Made by a program: the position numbers and the translations under genes
Notes under the pieces: model-generated
What the model was told of the DNA's origin: nothing
What the model saw: only the letters and a program-made list of their open reading frames with translations
Database searches by the model: none
In this document: positions 48,453-56,908 of the stretch, piece by piece
Numbering within the stretch: the stretch's first letter is position 1
Layout: each line of letters starts with the position of its first letter
IMG/VR virus record: IMGVR_UViG_3300048997_000353
Coordinates: 1-64,000 of that record
From: a virus
DNA: 64,000 bases
Direction: 5' to 3' (one strand)

Positions 48453-48937
48453 TATTTTCCTACCCAGCCCGAAGAAGTAGATCCTCCGGATTCCTTGACA
48501 TAGAGCGTAGTGCCAGCTCCTCCACTCAAATTCAGATAGATCGATCCGACTGGTGCCGCCACCACGCCCGCGGGACTACCAATTCCGCTCATCGGGAGAA
48601 TCGTGCCACCTTGAAAACTTGCACCAGGCCCCGAGCTGCTCACGGTCACGCCAACGCTCACGCCCGCGCCGCCAGTCCACGTCGCAACCAAAATGAAATT
48701 GTCGTAGGTATCGCTGAGGGCAATGACCCGCTTGGCATTCGTCAGTCCCGCGTACGTGTCGAGGATCGCGACGTCGCCATTGTTCTTCACGCCCTGCACA
48801 ACCAGGTTCACCGTGGCGGGCGCGCCCTTAATTACGTAATCGAATTCGATGGAGGTGCTGTTCTGCAGAGCGTTTGAAATGGTGACGAGCTTGCCGGATT
48901 CATCGACCGTGAACTGCTGCTGCTGAACTTGGCTCAT
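48452..48937 (-). CDS. Putative virion decoration protein
   Basis: C-terminal GSPAGVVAAPVGSIY...GGAGTTLYVKESG...GW spike/fibre motif; follows the capsid gene. Confidence 0.6.
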   Translation of the reverse strand: MSQVQQQQFTVDESGKLVTISNALQNSTSIEFDYVIKGAPATVNLVVQGVKNNGDVAILDTYAGLTNAKRVIALSDTYDNFILVATWTGGAGVSVGVTVSSSGPGASFQGGTILPMSGIGSPAGVVAAPVGSIYLNLSGGAGTTLYVKESGGSTSSGWVGK

Positions 48938-49054
48938 GAAATCTCCTGTGGTACTCTGCTGCGCACATCACGTAGCGGCATGTTCCCACTGGTCATGACA
49001 CGACGCGACATGTCCGCACACGACGGGACGTTACGGAGCAGCAAAACTAAACCA

Positions 49055-49091
49055 AGACAATGGCGGGAGCGATTCGTAGTCGCTCCCGCCA
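49055..49091 (-). terminator. Rho-independent terminator-like hairpin after the capsid gene
   Basis: TGGCGGGAGCGA / TCGCTCCCGCCA perfect inverted repeat followed by TTGTCTT. Confidence 0.7.
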
Positions 49092-49102
49092 CCTTTGTTT
49101 CC

Positions 49103-51019
49103 TTAGCTTTGGACCGGACCGTACTTGGCTTCGGCCTTTTTCAAGATGCGGGAGAACAACGCTTTCACTCCGGCCTTGAGGAAGGAAGATTTCTCAACCA
49201 CACGCGCAGCGCGTTCGCCGTATGTGCGATAGAGATCCATAACCAACTTGGCAACTGGTCCCGACTTTTCGTAGTCGTTGACCAGCCAAGTGCGGCACTT
49301 GCTGACCCGAGGTCCGGTGAAGAAATTCTCATCGAACGCGACTGCTGCCAGCCAGCACGGAGCCACAAAAGGACCGATTCCGGTTCTCACAGCAGTAATC
49401 CACGGCATGTAGTGAGCCAATACTTGGTGGATGTACGTGCCGAAGGTCCACTGCCGGGAAACCGTGGGCCACTCGATCGCGTAGTAATCCCGTTGAGTCA
49501 GGAACTGCCGCACGGCCGGGATCCGGCTATGCGGGTAGGGATTGGTGTTGATGTCGTACACGATCGTGCCGGCGGGAAACATCGGATGGAGCCGGATGGG
49601 AATGACGGCGGAACCGGTGGGGCTGATGGAGTATTTGGATTTGTACCCCGTCACGGCGAAGCCGGCGGTCAAGCCGGAATCCTGGCCCGCTTTGTCGTAC
49701 CCGAACACGAAGCTGTTGGTGCCCGTCGACGAGTAGATCACTGCGGACTCGAGTGAGGCGCGGACGTCGGACGAAACCCAGATAGCATCGGGTTGGGCTT
49801 GGTAGTTATTCCACATGAAGGCGAGGTCGGCTTCGATTTCGGCGACTTGGCCATTGCCGGCGGGGGTCAAGCTTCCGCCGTTCATGTCGGTCCAGTTTCC
49901 GTTGAGGAAAGTGTAAGTACCGAGGCCATCGAAATCGGTGGTCTGGTAGCTGTTGTCAACGTTGAGGCCAGCGGCGGCACCGGTTTGTGTTCCTGCAGCG
50001 GCAGCGACGATGGTGTAGCTGGGCCATGCGGTGATGGCGCCGAGTTTCACGTTGGCGGCGGATGCGGATACGTTCACACCCCAGAACCAGGCATAGGCGA
50101 CAGCGCCCTTCATGGCGGGGATGGAGACGTTAACTTTTTGTGCCGCTGCGTTTGTGGTCACGAGGGCGGCCACGTTGGAAATGGCGCTGCAGCCGCAGGC
50201 CACGTTCGTGGTTGTGCCGTCCGCGTTGGTCCGAACGTAATTGGTGGTGAGACCGTTTACGACGGAAGGGGGAGCCGCATAGCCGGCCTGTCCGCCCGGG
50301 TTCATGCCCATGCCGGTGATGGCGACAACCGCCACAACGACGTTGGCCGAAGTTCCGAGCGCGCCCGTTCCTGTTGCCAGGGCAGACGTCACGTTCGTGG
50401 CTTGACCGAGAGCGAAACCCAAGTTGCCGGCGTTGAGCGAATTGGGACCGGAGTTGCCCCAGATCGTCATCATTTCCTCTTGGAGCCGGAGGCGCGCCAA
50501 GTTGCGGAAATGTTCGTCGGCCAGGTTATCGGTGTAGCCTTCCCCGGCAAACTGCGCCGTGAACGTTTCTCCACCGTCCATGCCCATTTCCTTGTAAGTC
50601 GCGAGGTAATCGACTTCGTTCGGCGTGGCGATGGCGTTGCGTTGCCCTTCGAGCAAACCGGAATAGACGAACGTGGAGTTCGGATTCCGCGTGGCCTTCC
50701 AGTGCGCCGAGGTGCCGACGCCGGCATTCACTTTTCCGGACTTGCCGATCATCTGGATGAACGGCGTGAGCAACGGGAAAATGAAATAGGCGGGCCCGCG
50801 CAGATCGTAAAAATTGAAGCCGAGGGCGGTGGTGACGCCGGCCTTGATCAGCGCGCGGCCGGCACGCTTAACCAGCGGATGTTCGGGCGACCAGTCCTTG
50901 AGGGGGATGGCTCGTGCCTGCTTGCAAAGGTCGGCAATTTGCGGATCCGACATCGCCTTTGCCATCTGCCCGCGGCTCATCATGGTAGCGGCCGCGTACA
51001 TTTCTTGCGGAACTTTCAT
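49103..51019 (-). CDS. Major capsid protein with a C-terminal CFI-box-CTERM-like extension
   Basis: FYDLRGPA..IFPLLTP, LRLQEEM..WGN, QPDAIWVS, IRLHPMFPAGTI, RDYYAIEWP; position after protease and scaffold genes. Confidence 0.85.
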   Translation of the reverse strand: MKVPQEMYAAATMMSRGQMAKAMSDPQIADLCKQARAIPLKDWSPEHPLVKRAGRALIKAGVTTALGFNFYDLRGPAYFIFPLLTPFIQMIGKSGKVNAGVGTSAHWKATRNPNSTFVYSGLLEGQRNAIATPNEVDYLATYKEMGMDGGETFTAQFAGEGYTDNLADEHFRNLARLRLQEEMMTIWGNSGPNSLNAGNLGFALGQATNVTSALATGTGALGTSANVVVAVVAITGMGMNPGGQAGYAAPPSVVNGLTTNYVRTNADGTTTNVACGCSAISNVAALVTTNAAAQKVNVSIPAMKGAVAYAWFWGVNVSASAANVKLGAITAWPSYTIVAAAAGTQTGAAAGLNVDNSYQTTDFDGLGTYTFLNGNWTDMNGGSLTPAGNGQVAEIEADLAFMWNNYQAQPDAIWVSSDVRASLESAVIYSSTGTNSFVFGYDKAGQDSGLTAGFAVTGYKSKYSISPTGSAVIPIRLHPMFPAGTIVYDINTNPYPHSRIPAVRQFLTQRDYYAIEWPTVSRQWTFGTYIHQVLAHYMPWITAVRTGIGPFVAPCWLAAVAFDENFFTGPRVSKCRTWLVNDYEKSGPVAKLVMDLYRTYGERAARVVEKSSFLKAGVKALFSRILKKAEAKYGPVQS

Positions 51020-51114
51020 CGATTATCTCCAGTCAAAAAAGAAGTGCTCGCGCAGTGCGAGTGAAACTCTTCTTCGTCTGACCGGGAACGAAGGATGATT
51101 TTTGTTACTGCCGT

Positions 51115-51789
51115 TTAGACGCCGAGGGCGTCTGCGAATTCCGGGGGAACTTTGCTCGAATCGATCGGAGCACCGCCGGGACGCGGAACCATCGTGGGAC
51201 CCTTGGGCCCATCGGGCAACGCGCCGTGAACGGACGTGGGAACCAGTTTGTCGCCAAGCTGCTCGGCAACCTGGGCCATGACCGCTTTTTTGAACATCTC
51301 CTTGAATTCGGGAGAGTCCTTGATTTCCTTGACGGCCGATGTGAGTGCTTCTCCCATGAGACCGCCCACCGTCGCCTTCACGTCGGCACTCTCCAGGAGT
51401 TTTGCCGCATTCGATTCAGCCGGAGCTGCTGCTGGATCGGCCGTTGCGCCTGCGCCGGCAGCCGCTGCCTTTGCAGCCTTGCCGTCACCGTCCATCGCGG
51501 TCTGGCAAGCGCCCATGTGTTCGCTGTGTGCCTTGTGAAGAGTGGCTGCCTCTTCGTGATGTGCTGCCAACGCTTTGTGCATCTCGTGGGCGGCGCCGAA
51601 GTAAGCCTTATCCACATGATCGTTTTCCAACGCCTCGTGCTTGGCCTTGGCCAGAGCCGCGTGATCGGTGTGGGCCTTCGCCATGGCTGTGTTGCACTTG
51701 TGCAACGCCATGTGATGTTCGGCGGATTTGCCGAAGTGCGTTCCCATCCCGCCCATCGCTTTCACGATGGCTTCAACTGTCTTGTCCAT
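51115..51789 (-). CDS. His-rich scaffold-like protein
   Basis: AGGAGG RBS before MDKTVE; helical, between the protease and capsid genes. Confidence 0.6.
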   Translation of the reverse strand: MDKTVEAIVKAMGGMGTHFGKSAEHHMALHKCNTAMAKAHTDHAALAKAKHEALENDHVDKAYFGAAHEMHKALAAHHEEAATLHKAHSEHMGACQTAMDGDGKAAKAAAAGAGATADPAAAPAESNAAKLLESADVKATVGGLMGEALTSAVKEIKDSPEFKEMFKKAVMAQVAEQLGDKLVPTSVHGALPDGPKGPTMVPRPGGAPIDSSKVPPEFADALGV

Positions 51790-51843
51790 GCCGTTCCTCC
51801 TGAGATACAGATGCCGCTTGACCGGAGCGGCTGATTCCAAAAA

Positions 51844-53334
51844 TTAGGCCGTGACGTGAATCCGTTCCTTGATATCTTCCTTGAGCTCCTGACTTTCCTC
51901 CTGGACCATTTCGACCAGGATGTCGACCAGGTCATTCACGTTTTCCTGTAGATGCGCTGGCAGCGGGGAATCGGTGTCCTCTTCCCATTCCTGTTCGGAC
52001 ACGACGCTGAACAGGATATAACTCAGGCCTTGCACATATTCCGCCAGGCGGGAGACTTCGTACATTCCCTTGGCCAGTTTTCCCAGATCGGAATCGAGAA
52101 ATGAAAGTGTGTGGCCGACGTCGCCTTTTTTTCGCGACAGCTTGTTGACGCTGATCCGCGCCTGCTTCCGCAGGTAGGAGTGGATGGAGGCTAGTTTTGC
52201 CTTATCCAAGGCCACATCGATTCCCTGTTGCTTCGCGGCGGCGACGACCCGCGCATACGTTTTATCTTTTTCGCCTGCCGGAATGGCCTTGGTTTGATTG
52301 AAGCGCGCCAGGGCTTTGCGGACATGCGATTTGGTTTTGCTGTCGCTCGAAAATTTAATGGGCAATTCCCAGGTCGCCGGATCGTTCTTGTTGCCGACGT
52401 AGGCGAACGCCGAGGAAGCGAGATCTTCGCTGGCCACCCGTTTCGTTTTCACCTTGGCGATATTGGGATCGGCGGCTTTCAGCAGGGCAACTTCCCTCTC
52501 GACTGCGGCGCGGACGAGTTTTTCAATCCGGCCCTCGTCTCTGAATGTTGGTTCCACTTTGGAGAACTTGCGCAATTCCAGAGCGCCATCGGATTTCACG
52601 TAGGCAAAGTGGGCTGAGGCCAAACAGGGATTATCGACGAGCGAACATTCGCTGGGATTGGCGACGTACCGCATGCAGTTCTTATAAACCGGATCTGGGA
52701 CCATCTCGCCCACCTTGCGGCCGCCCTGCGAAAATCCGGTGTACACATTCTTCTGCACTTTTTTCCAGGCATCGTCGTCGACCACTTCGAAACCCATAAA
52801 AATTTCGCGGTCATTATCGCGGAAATCGAATCCGATGCCCTTGCCCACAGCGTCGAGCTGGTGCATGGCACGAAGAGGAAAACAATTATCGCCGCCCGCC
52901 GGGTTGGCTTGGCTCGCTTTCTTCATTTCGGCAATGACAGCTTCGTAGTAGGGCTTGGAGCCAGCATAATCGCAGACTTCATCGTCTTTGTCCGGGACCT
53001 CGGCCGTGACGATGCCCCATACCTGTCGCTTGGCCTCGTCGATTTTGACGAAGGGAATGAATTTTCGAAATTCACTTGGCATCGCTTTCTCCTTTTTTGC
53101 TGGCTCGTACTCGTTGCAGCAATCGCCGGCCGCCACGGGAATCAGACCTGTATCATCAACGAAAACTTGCAAGTCTGGATCAGTAATCACATCAAGGTTT
53201 GAACAATGTGCCTTCTCCATAAACCTGCAATGACTACACCGGAACGGTCCATTCTTGGCTCGGGCAAACCCGGTTGCGGCAGTTCCAATCGCCTTCTGCA
53301 ACTGTTCCACCTCATCACACACACAAAAGCCCAC
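51844..53334 (-). CDS. Prohead protease (HK97/XkdF-like) with accessory domains
   Basis: KIDEAKRQVWG...DKDDE, LRAMHQ..AVGK, AWKKV...YTGFSQGG, ECSLVDNPC; internal RBS and ATG at 53082; later FAYVG...TWELPI...HVRKALARFNQ domain. Confidence 0.85.
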   Translation of the reverse strand: MGFCVCDEVEQLQKAIGTAATGFARAKNGPFRCSHCRFMEKAHCSNLDVITDPDLQVFVDDTGLIPVAAGDCCNEYEPAKKEKAMPSEFRKFIPFVKIDEAKRQVWGIVTAEVPDKDDEVCDYAGSKPYYEAVIAEMKKASQANPAGGDNCFPLRAMHQLDAVGKGIGFDFRDNDREIFMGFEVVDDDAWKKVQKNVYTGFSQGGRKVGEMVPDPVYKNCMRYVANPSECSLVDNPCLASAHFAYVKSDGALELRKFSKVEPTFRDEGRIEKLVRAAVEREVALLKAADPNIAKVKTKRVASEDLASSAFAYVGNKNDPATWELPIKFSSDSKTKSHVRKALARFNQTKAIPAGEKDKTYARVVAAAKQQGIDVALDKAKLASIHSYLRKQARISVNKLSRKKGDVGHTLSFLDSDLGKLAKGMYEVSRLAEYVQGLSYILFSVVSEQEWEEDTDSPLPAHLQENVNDLVDILVEMVQEESQELKEDIKERIHVTA

Positions 53335-53412
53335 CGGCGATTAACCACTGGCCGGTGGGCTATTTCAAGGCTCGTAATCGTGAGCAAAAGTACCTTGTTT
53401 CATTCTCATGCG

Positions 53413-55872
53413 TCAAGAAACTTCAGCCTCATCGCTAATGACTAGAGCACACAGGCAATTCACATGCGCTGGATAGGTGGGCACGGATGCGATCGAATAG
53501 GGCGAGCCCGCCTCGAGTTCGTCGCACTCATCATCCAGGTCGTGATTGGAACTCATTTGCCAATCCACGAATTTGACGATTCCTGATTTCCGCCAGGACT
53601 CTAAATTCCCGTTTACTTGCGCGCTCGAGATCTCCGTTCTGGCAATCATGGCGGCGCGCTGGTCGTTGAAGATTCCGGACTTGTCGATCCGCGCTTCGAT
53701 ATCCGCGAGCTTGGGCGTTTTTTCTTCCGCGAACAGTTCCGTCACGATGTCGTGGATTTTTGTTCTGGTGGTTTCACTGATGGCCCACTTCGCATCCGGA
53801 TTGGCAATGAGCTTGCCAGAATTGGTGACTTTCATTCCCACCATTTCGGCGGCGCGCGCCGAAGCCCATTCCTGCGCTGCTTCGTTCATTCCGGAAATCA
53901 TGTCCTCATCGGAAATGTCGAGCTGCAGGATCCCGTTGGACACGCCGGCAATGGCGGCGTCCTGAAAATATTCTTCCGTCTCTTCCGCAATTTTGCGCCA
54001 GTCATCCGCGATCGATCGCAAAATTGCTTTCACTGTATCGTCCGCGGCCGCTTTGTGCAGCGTGGGTTCCATCGTTGCGGCCATGTGTCTATCCGGAAGA
54101 CCGAGAGACTTGGCCAATTGCTTTTTGGTTTTCCGCTTCATGGTCGCAAAGTGATCCTTCACAACTTTTTCCACGGCGTTTTTGGCAATGATGGATTGTG
54201 GCGCCAATCGATCGGGCGTGATTTTGATGCGTGCGCTCTTGCCGAATTTGAGAGAACCGGCGGCTTTGCCTTTGCCTTCTTTGCCTTTACCCGGAGGCGT
54301 CTGCTGTGCGCCAGCGCCGCCCTTCCCAGGTTTCTCCCCTCCTTTGTCACCGCCGGTCTCTTCTTGACCAGGAAGTCCGATTTGTCTGCGCGCTGTACCG
54401 TTTACCGCAGTTGCTTGCTGGTGTCGCTGCAATTCCATCTTGGCCTGCGATTCCAGCGCGGCCTGGCCCAGCAAAACAAATCCAGTACCGGTAATGATGC
54501 CAAGTTGCGAGGCCTCCGGTTCGTTCCGATCGTCCTCACCCAGCCGTTCGCGGCCTTCGTTCGGCGTGATAATTCCGCCGCCCACCAAAATTTTAATCGT
54601 TTCCGCATTTTTTTGCGGATCAGGTTCGGTGAAGGGCTGGAACGCCATCTCATAATCCGGCAGATTGAATTTCTGCTGGATTATGTAATCGATCAAGCCT
54701 TTGATGAAATCGACCCAGGGCAGCGTGCCTTCTTCGACCGATGCTTCCTGCGATTGCTCGGCCGACGCGCGGTTCATCGCGCGGATCAGTCGTTGCGCCG
54801 ACGTGCCAAATCCGAAAGCAATCTTCCGGATATGCATGTCGTCGAATTCGTCCTTGAGCAAGGGCTCTTTGGTGAAAATAATTTGGTCGGGTTTTTCAGC
54901 ATCATTGAAGCCTTGTACCATCCGCCACTGCCGGCGCGCGGCTAGATTGCCCGCCAGTTCCGAATTCATCCAGGTCATCGCTTCCGCGATTTTGTCGGGC
55001 GGCGTGCCCTTGGGCACAACCTGCACAACGCCTGGCGTCGAGCCTTCCGTGTAATAGGCCAAGGTAAAAGCCAGCCGCTGCGCGCCAATTTCAATTTCCG
55101 TTGCGAGCTGCTCGACAGGGGACATTCCGTAGAGTTGGGAAGAAATCGTATTCCGCGGAACGATGTTGCGCGGCTTGTAAATGAGTTGGTCGGTAGTCAG
55201 ATTGACAAGCGGAATGCCCCACCAGTTTTGCGCGTAAGCAGGTTGCGGCGGCATCGGCGTCCAGCCATTCACGTCGATGTACCGCACAATGGAATCGCCG
55301 CGAAGAACGGGCAACTCCACAATTTCTCCCTTGAAGGTTTTGCGAATCAAAATGGCGACGGCATCGAGCACCAGCAGATCGTCCATCAGTGGCCGAAGCC
55401 ATTCCTGCCAGTTGTGTTCCCGGTCCGGGCGTTCGAAGAATTTACTGAGCTTGACGATTTGCGCATCGCCCTCAGCGCGCTTCTTCGCTTCTTTCTTGGT
55501 TTCTCCCGGTTTGCGGCGTAGTTGAACTTCCCAGGGAATTTTCGCGACGGAATCTTTGACATTCTCGATACAGATCCTCGCGAGGGGATACATCGCGAGC
55601 GCCTTGAGCGCCGCCGCCGAATATTCAGCATCCGCGCGCGGCGTATACAGCAAGTTCTGGCCAGCCCAATATTGAAACCCGCGTGGCTCGGTTCCTTCCG
55701 GCGCAATGGGTTTGACAGGTTGAAGGGGAGAATACCAAGTGCCGGCATCGATACCACGGATGGTTTCATCGGGCGGTTGATAGAGCTGACGGCCGTATTG
55801 CTGGAGCGCCTGGACAACAGGGCCAAGGTTGCGGACAGTGATCCCGGAACCGGACCCTGGAGAATTAGCCAT
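53413..55872 (-). CDS. Portal protein fused to a Mu gpF-like minor head domain
   Basis: DDLLVLDA, YGMSPVEQ, YYTEGSTP, IITPNEGRERLG; C-terminal RAAMIARTE...YPAHVNCLC. Confidence 0.92.
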   Translation of the reverse strand: MANSPGSGSGITVRNLGPVVQALQQYGRQLYQPPDETIRGIDAGTWYSPLQPVKPIAPEGTEPRGFQYWAGQNLLYTPRADAEYSAAALKALAMYPLARICIENVKDSVAKIPWEVQLRRKPGETKKEAKKRAEGDAQIVKLSKFFERPDREHNWQEWLRPLMDDLLVLDAVAILIRKTFKGEIVELPVLRGDSIVRYIDVNGWTPMPPQPAYAQNWWGIPLVNLTTDQLIYKPRNIVPRNTISSQLYGMSPVEQLATEIEIGAQRLAFTLAYYTEGSTPGVVQVVPKGTPPDKIAEAMTWMNSELAGNLAARRQWRMVQGFNDAEKPDQIIFTKEPLLKDEFDDMHIRKIAFGFGTSAQRLIRAMNRASAEQSQEASVEEGTLPWVDFIKGLIDYIIQQKFNLPDYEMAFQPFTEPDPQKNAETIKILVGGGIITPNEGRERLGEDDRNEPEASQLGIITGTGFVLLGQAALESQAKMELQRHQQATAVNGTARRQIGLPGQEETGGDKGGEKPGKGGAGAQQTPPGKGKEGKGKAAGSLKFGKSARIKITPDRLAPQSIIAKNAVEKVVKDHFATMKRKTKKQLAKSLGLPDRHMAATMEPTLHKAAADDTVKAILRSIADDWRKIAEETEEYFQDAAIAGVSNGILQLDISDEDMISGMNEAAQEWASARAAEMVGMKVTNSGKLIANPDAKWAISETTRTKIHDIVTELFAEEKTPKLADIEARIDKSGIFNDQRAAMIARTEISSAQVNGNLESWRKSGIVKFVDWQMSSNHDLDDECDELEAGSPYSIASVPTYPAHVNCLCALVISDEAEVS

Positions 55873-56215
55873 TTACTTTTGCCGCCCCCTGCATCGCGCC
55901 CAACTTCAAAAGCTGATCTTCGGTCTTTTCGAGTTCGGTGCGGGGCGTTGCCGCTTCGGCCATGCCCGGCTTCTTGTTCACGTCCACGACAGGTTCCTCA
56001 TAAAACTTCGCACCACAAACACGGCAGGTGTGCTGACACAAAATTTTTATAGTTGTGCCAGAAGAGGCTCTTGCCACACATCTTAAATTTCCTTTGGACG
56101 CGCCGCAGACCGGGCAGCGCGAGTCAGGCCGGATTCGCGCGATGTCACGTTGAGTAACAGGCTTAACTAACCACAAAAGTTGTAGCAGTGCAAGCCTGAT
56201 CCAGTAGAAAAGCAC
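55865..56215 (-). CDS. Zn-ribbon protein
   Basis: CPVC and CRVC; GTG start 6 nt after TAGAAT (possibly leaderless). Confidence 0.6.
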   Translation of the reverse strand: MLFYWIRLALLQLLWLVKPVTQRDIARIRPDSRCPVCGASKGNLRCVARASSGTTIKILCQHTCRVCGAKFYEEPVVDVNKKPGMAEAATPRTELEKTEDQLLKLGAMQGAAKVNG

Positions 56216-56279
56216 GGACGGATTCTACGCGAGAAAAAAAGCAAATACTAGCGTGGGTGTTTGAAGCTGTACCAGAAGG

Positions 56280-56366
56280 TCAGGTTGTGTGCTTTGCTTT
56301 TTCCAGCAGCAACCAGGAAACAACACTGGAAAGAGCCATGAAAATGAGCCCGTCGACGTAAGCCAT
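56280..56366 (-). CDS. 28-aa hydrophobic peptide (type I toxin-like; not in ORF track)
   Basis: GGAGG RBS; MAYVDGLIFMALSSVVSWLLLEKAKHTT, one TM helix plus a basic tail. Confidence 0.55.
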   Translation of the reverse strand: MAYVDGLIFMALSSVVSWLLLEKAKHTT

Positions 56367-56510
56367 GATTCCTCCAAACCTCTGGTGGACGACTGAAAGC
56401 AACGTTGCCGCCCACCAGATCAGATGCTCGTGGAGAGTGGCCGGACTCTCCGATACGAGAATTGTCCGCCGCTGTAGGAATTAGGGGAATCAGGCAAAAG
56501 CCGTATTTTA

Positions 56511-56669
56511 TTATCGCTTAAAAGTTGGAGCGCCCGCATCGACGATCACACCAGGTTGCGGAAGGGGCGCGTGGTTTTCGTGGTATGGGACAAGGCTTCC
56601 ATCGGCGAGTCTTACGAACTTCTGGTAGCCCTGGCAGGTCTTGAGAACGATTACGTGTGTTTGGTTCAT
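56511..56669 (-). CDS. Small hypothetical protein (52 aa)
   Basis: AAGGAGG RBS before MNQTHV. Confidence 0.6.
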   Translation of the reverse strand: MNQTHVIVLKTCQGYQKFVRLADGSLVPYHENHAPLPQPGVIVDAGAPTFKR

Positions 56670-56800
56670 GCGAACCTCCTTGCTGTGATTGTGATTACGA
56701 ATGCGGAGTTTTCTACGATTCGGCGCGCCTGTCCATACCATTAACGCCTGAGTTAGAGAAAATATGGTAGTTTTTCACAGCTTGTCCACAGATTTTATTT

Positions 56801-56875
56801 TGGAGCGCCTGGCGCGATTCGAACGCGCGACCCGCCTCTTTAGAGAAGGCTACTCTACCGCTGAGTTACAGGCGC
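56801..56875 (-). tRNA. Amber suppressor tRNA (anticodon CUA), canonical cloverleaf
   Basis: GCGCCTG TA ACTC AGCGGTA GAGT A GCCTT CTCTAAA GAGGC GGGTC GCGCG TTCGAAT CGCGC CAGGCGC T CCA. Confidence 0.92.
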
Positions 56876-56908
56876 CCGGTGCAAAAACCATGTCAAATCG
56901 CGTGCATA

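Noticed and set aside
53617-54945. 442-aa plus-strand ORF (and similar long plus-strand ORFs at 49793-51064, 9308-10090, 42183-42920, 7392-8117)
   Set aside because: Antisense shadows of well-supported minus-strand genes; no recognisable motifs
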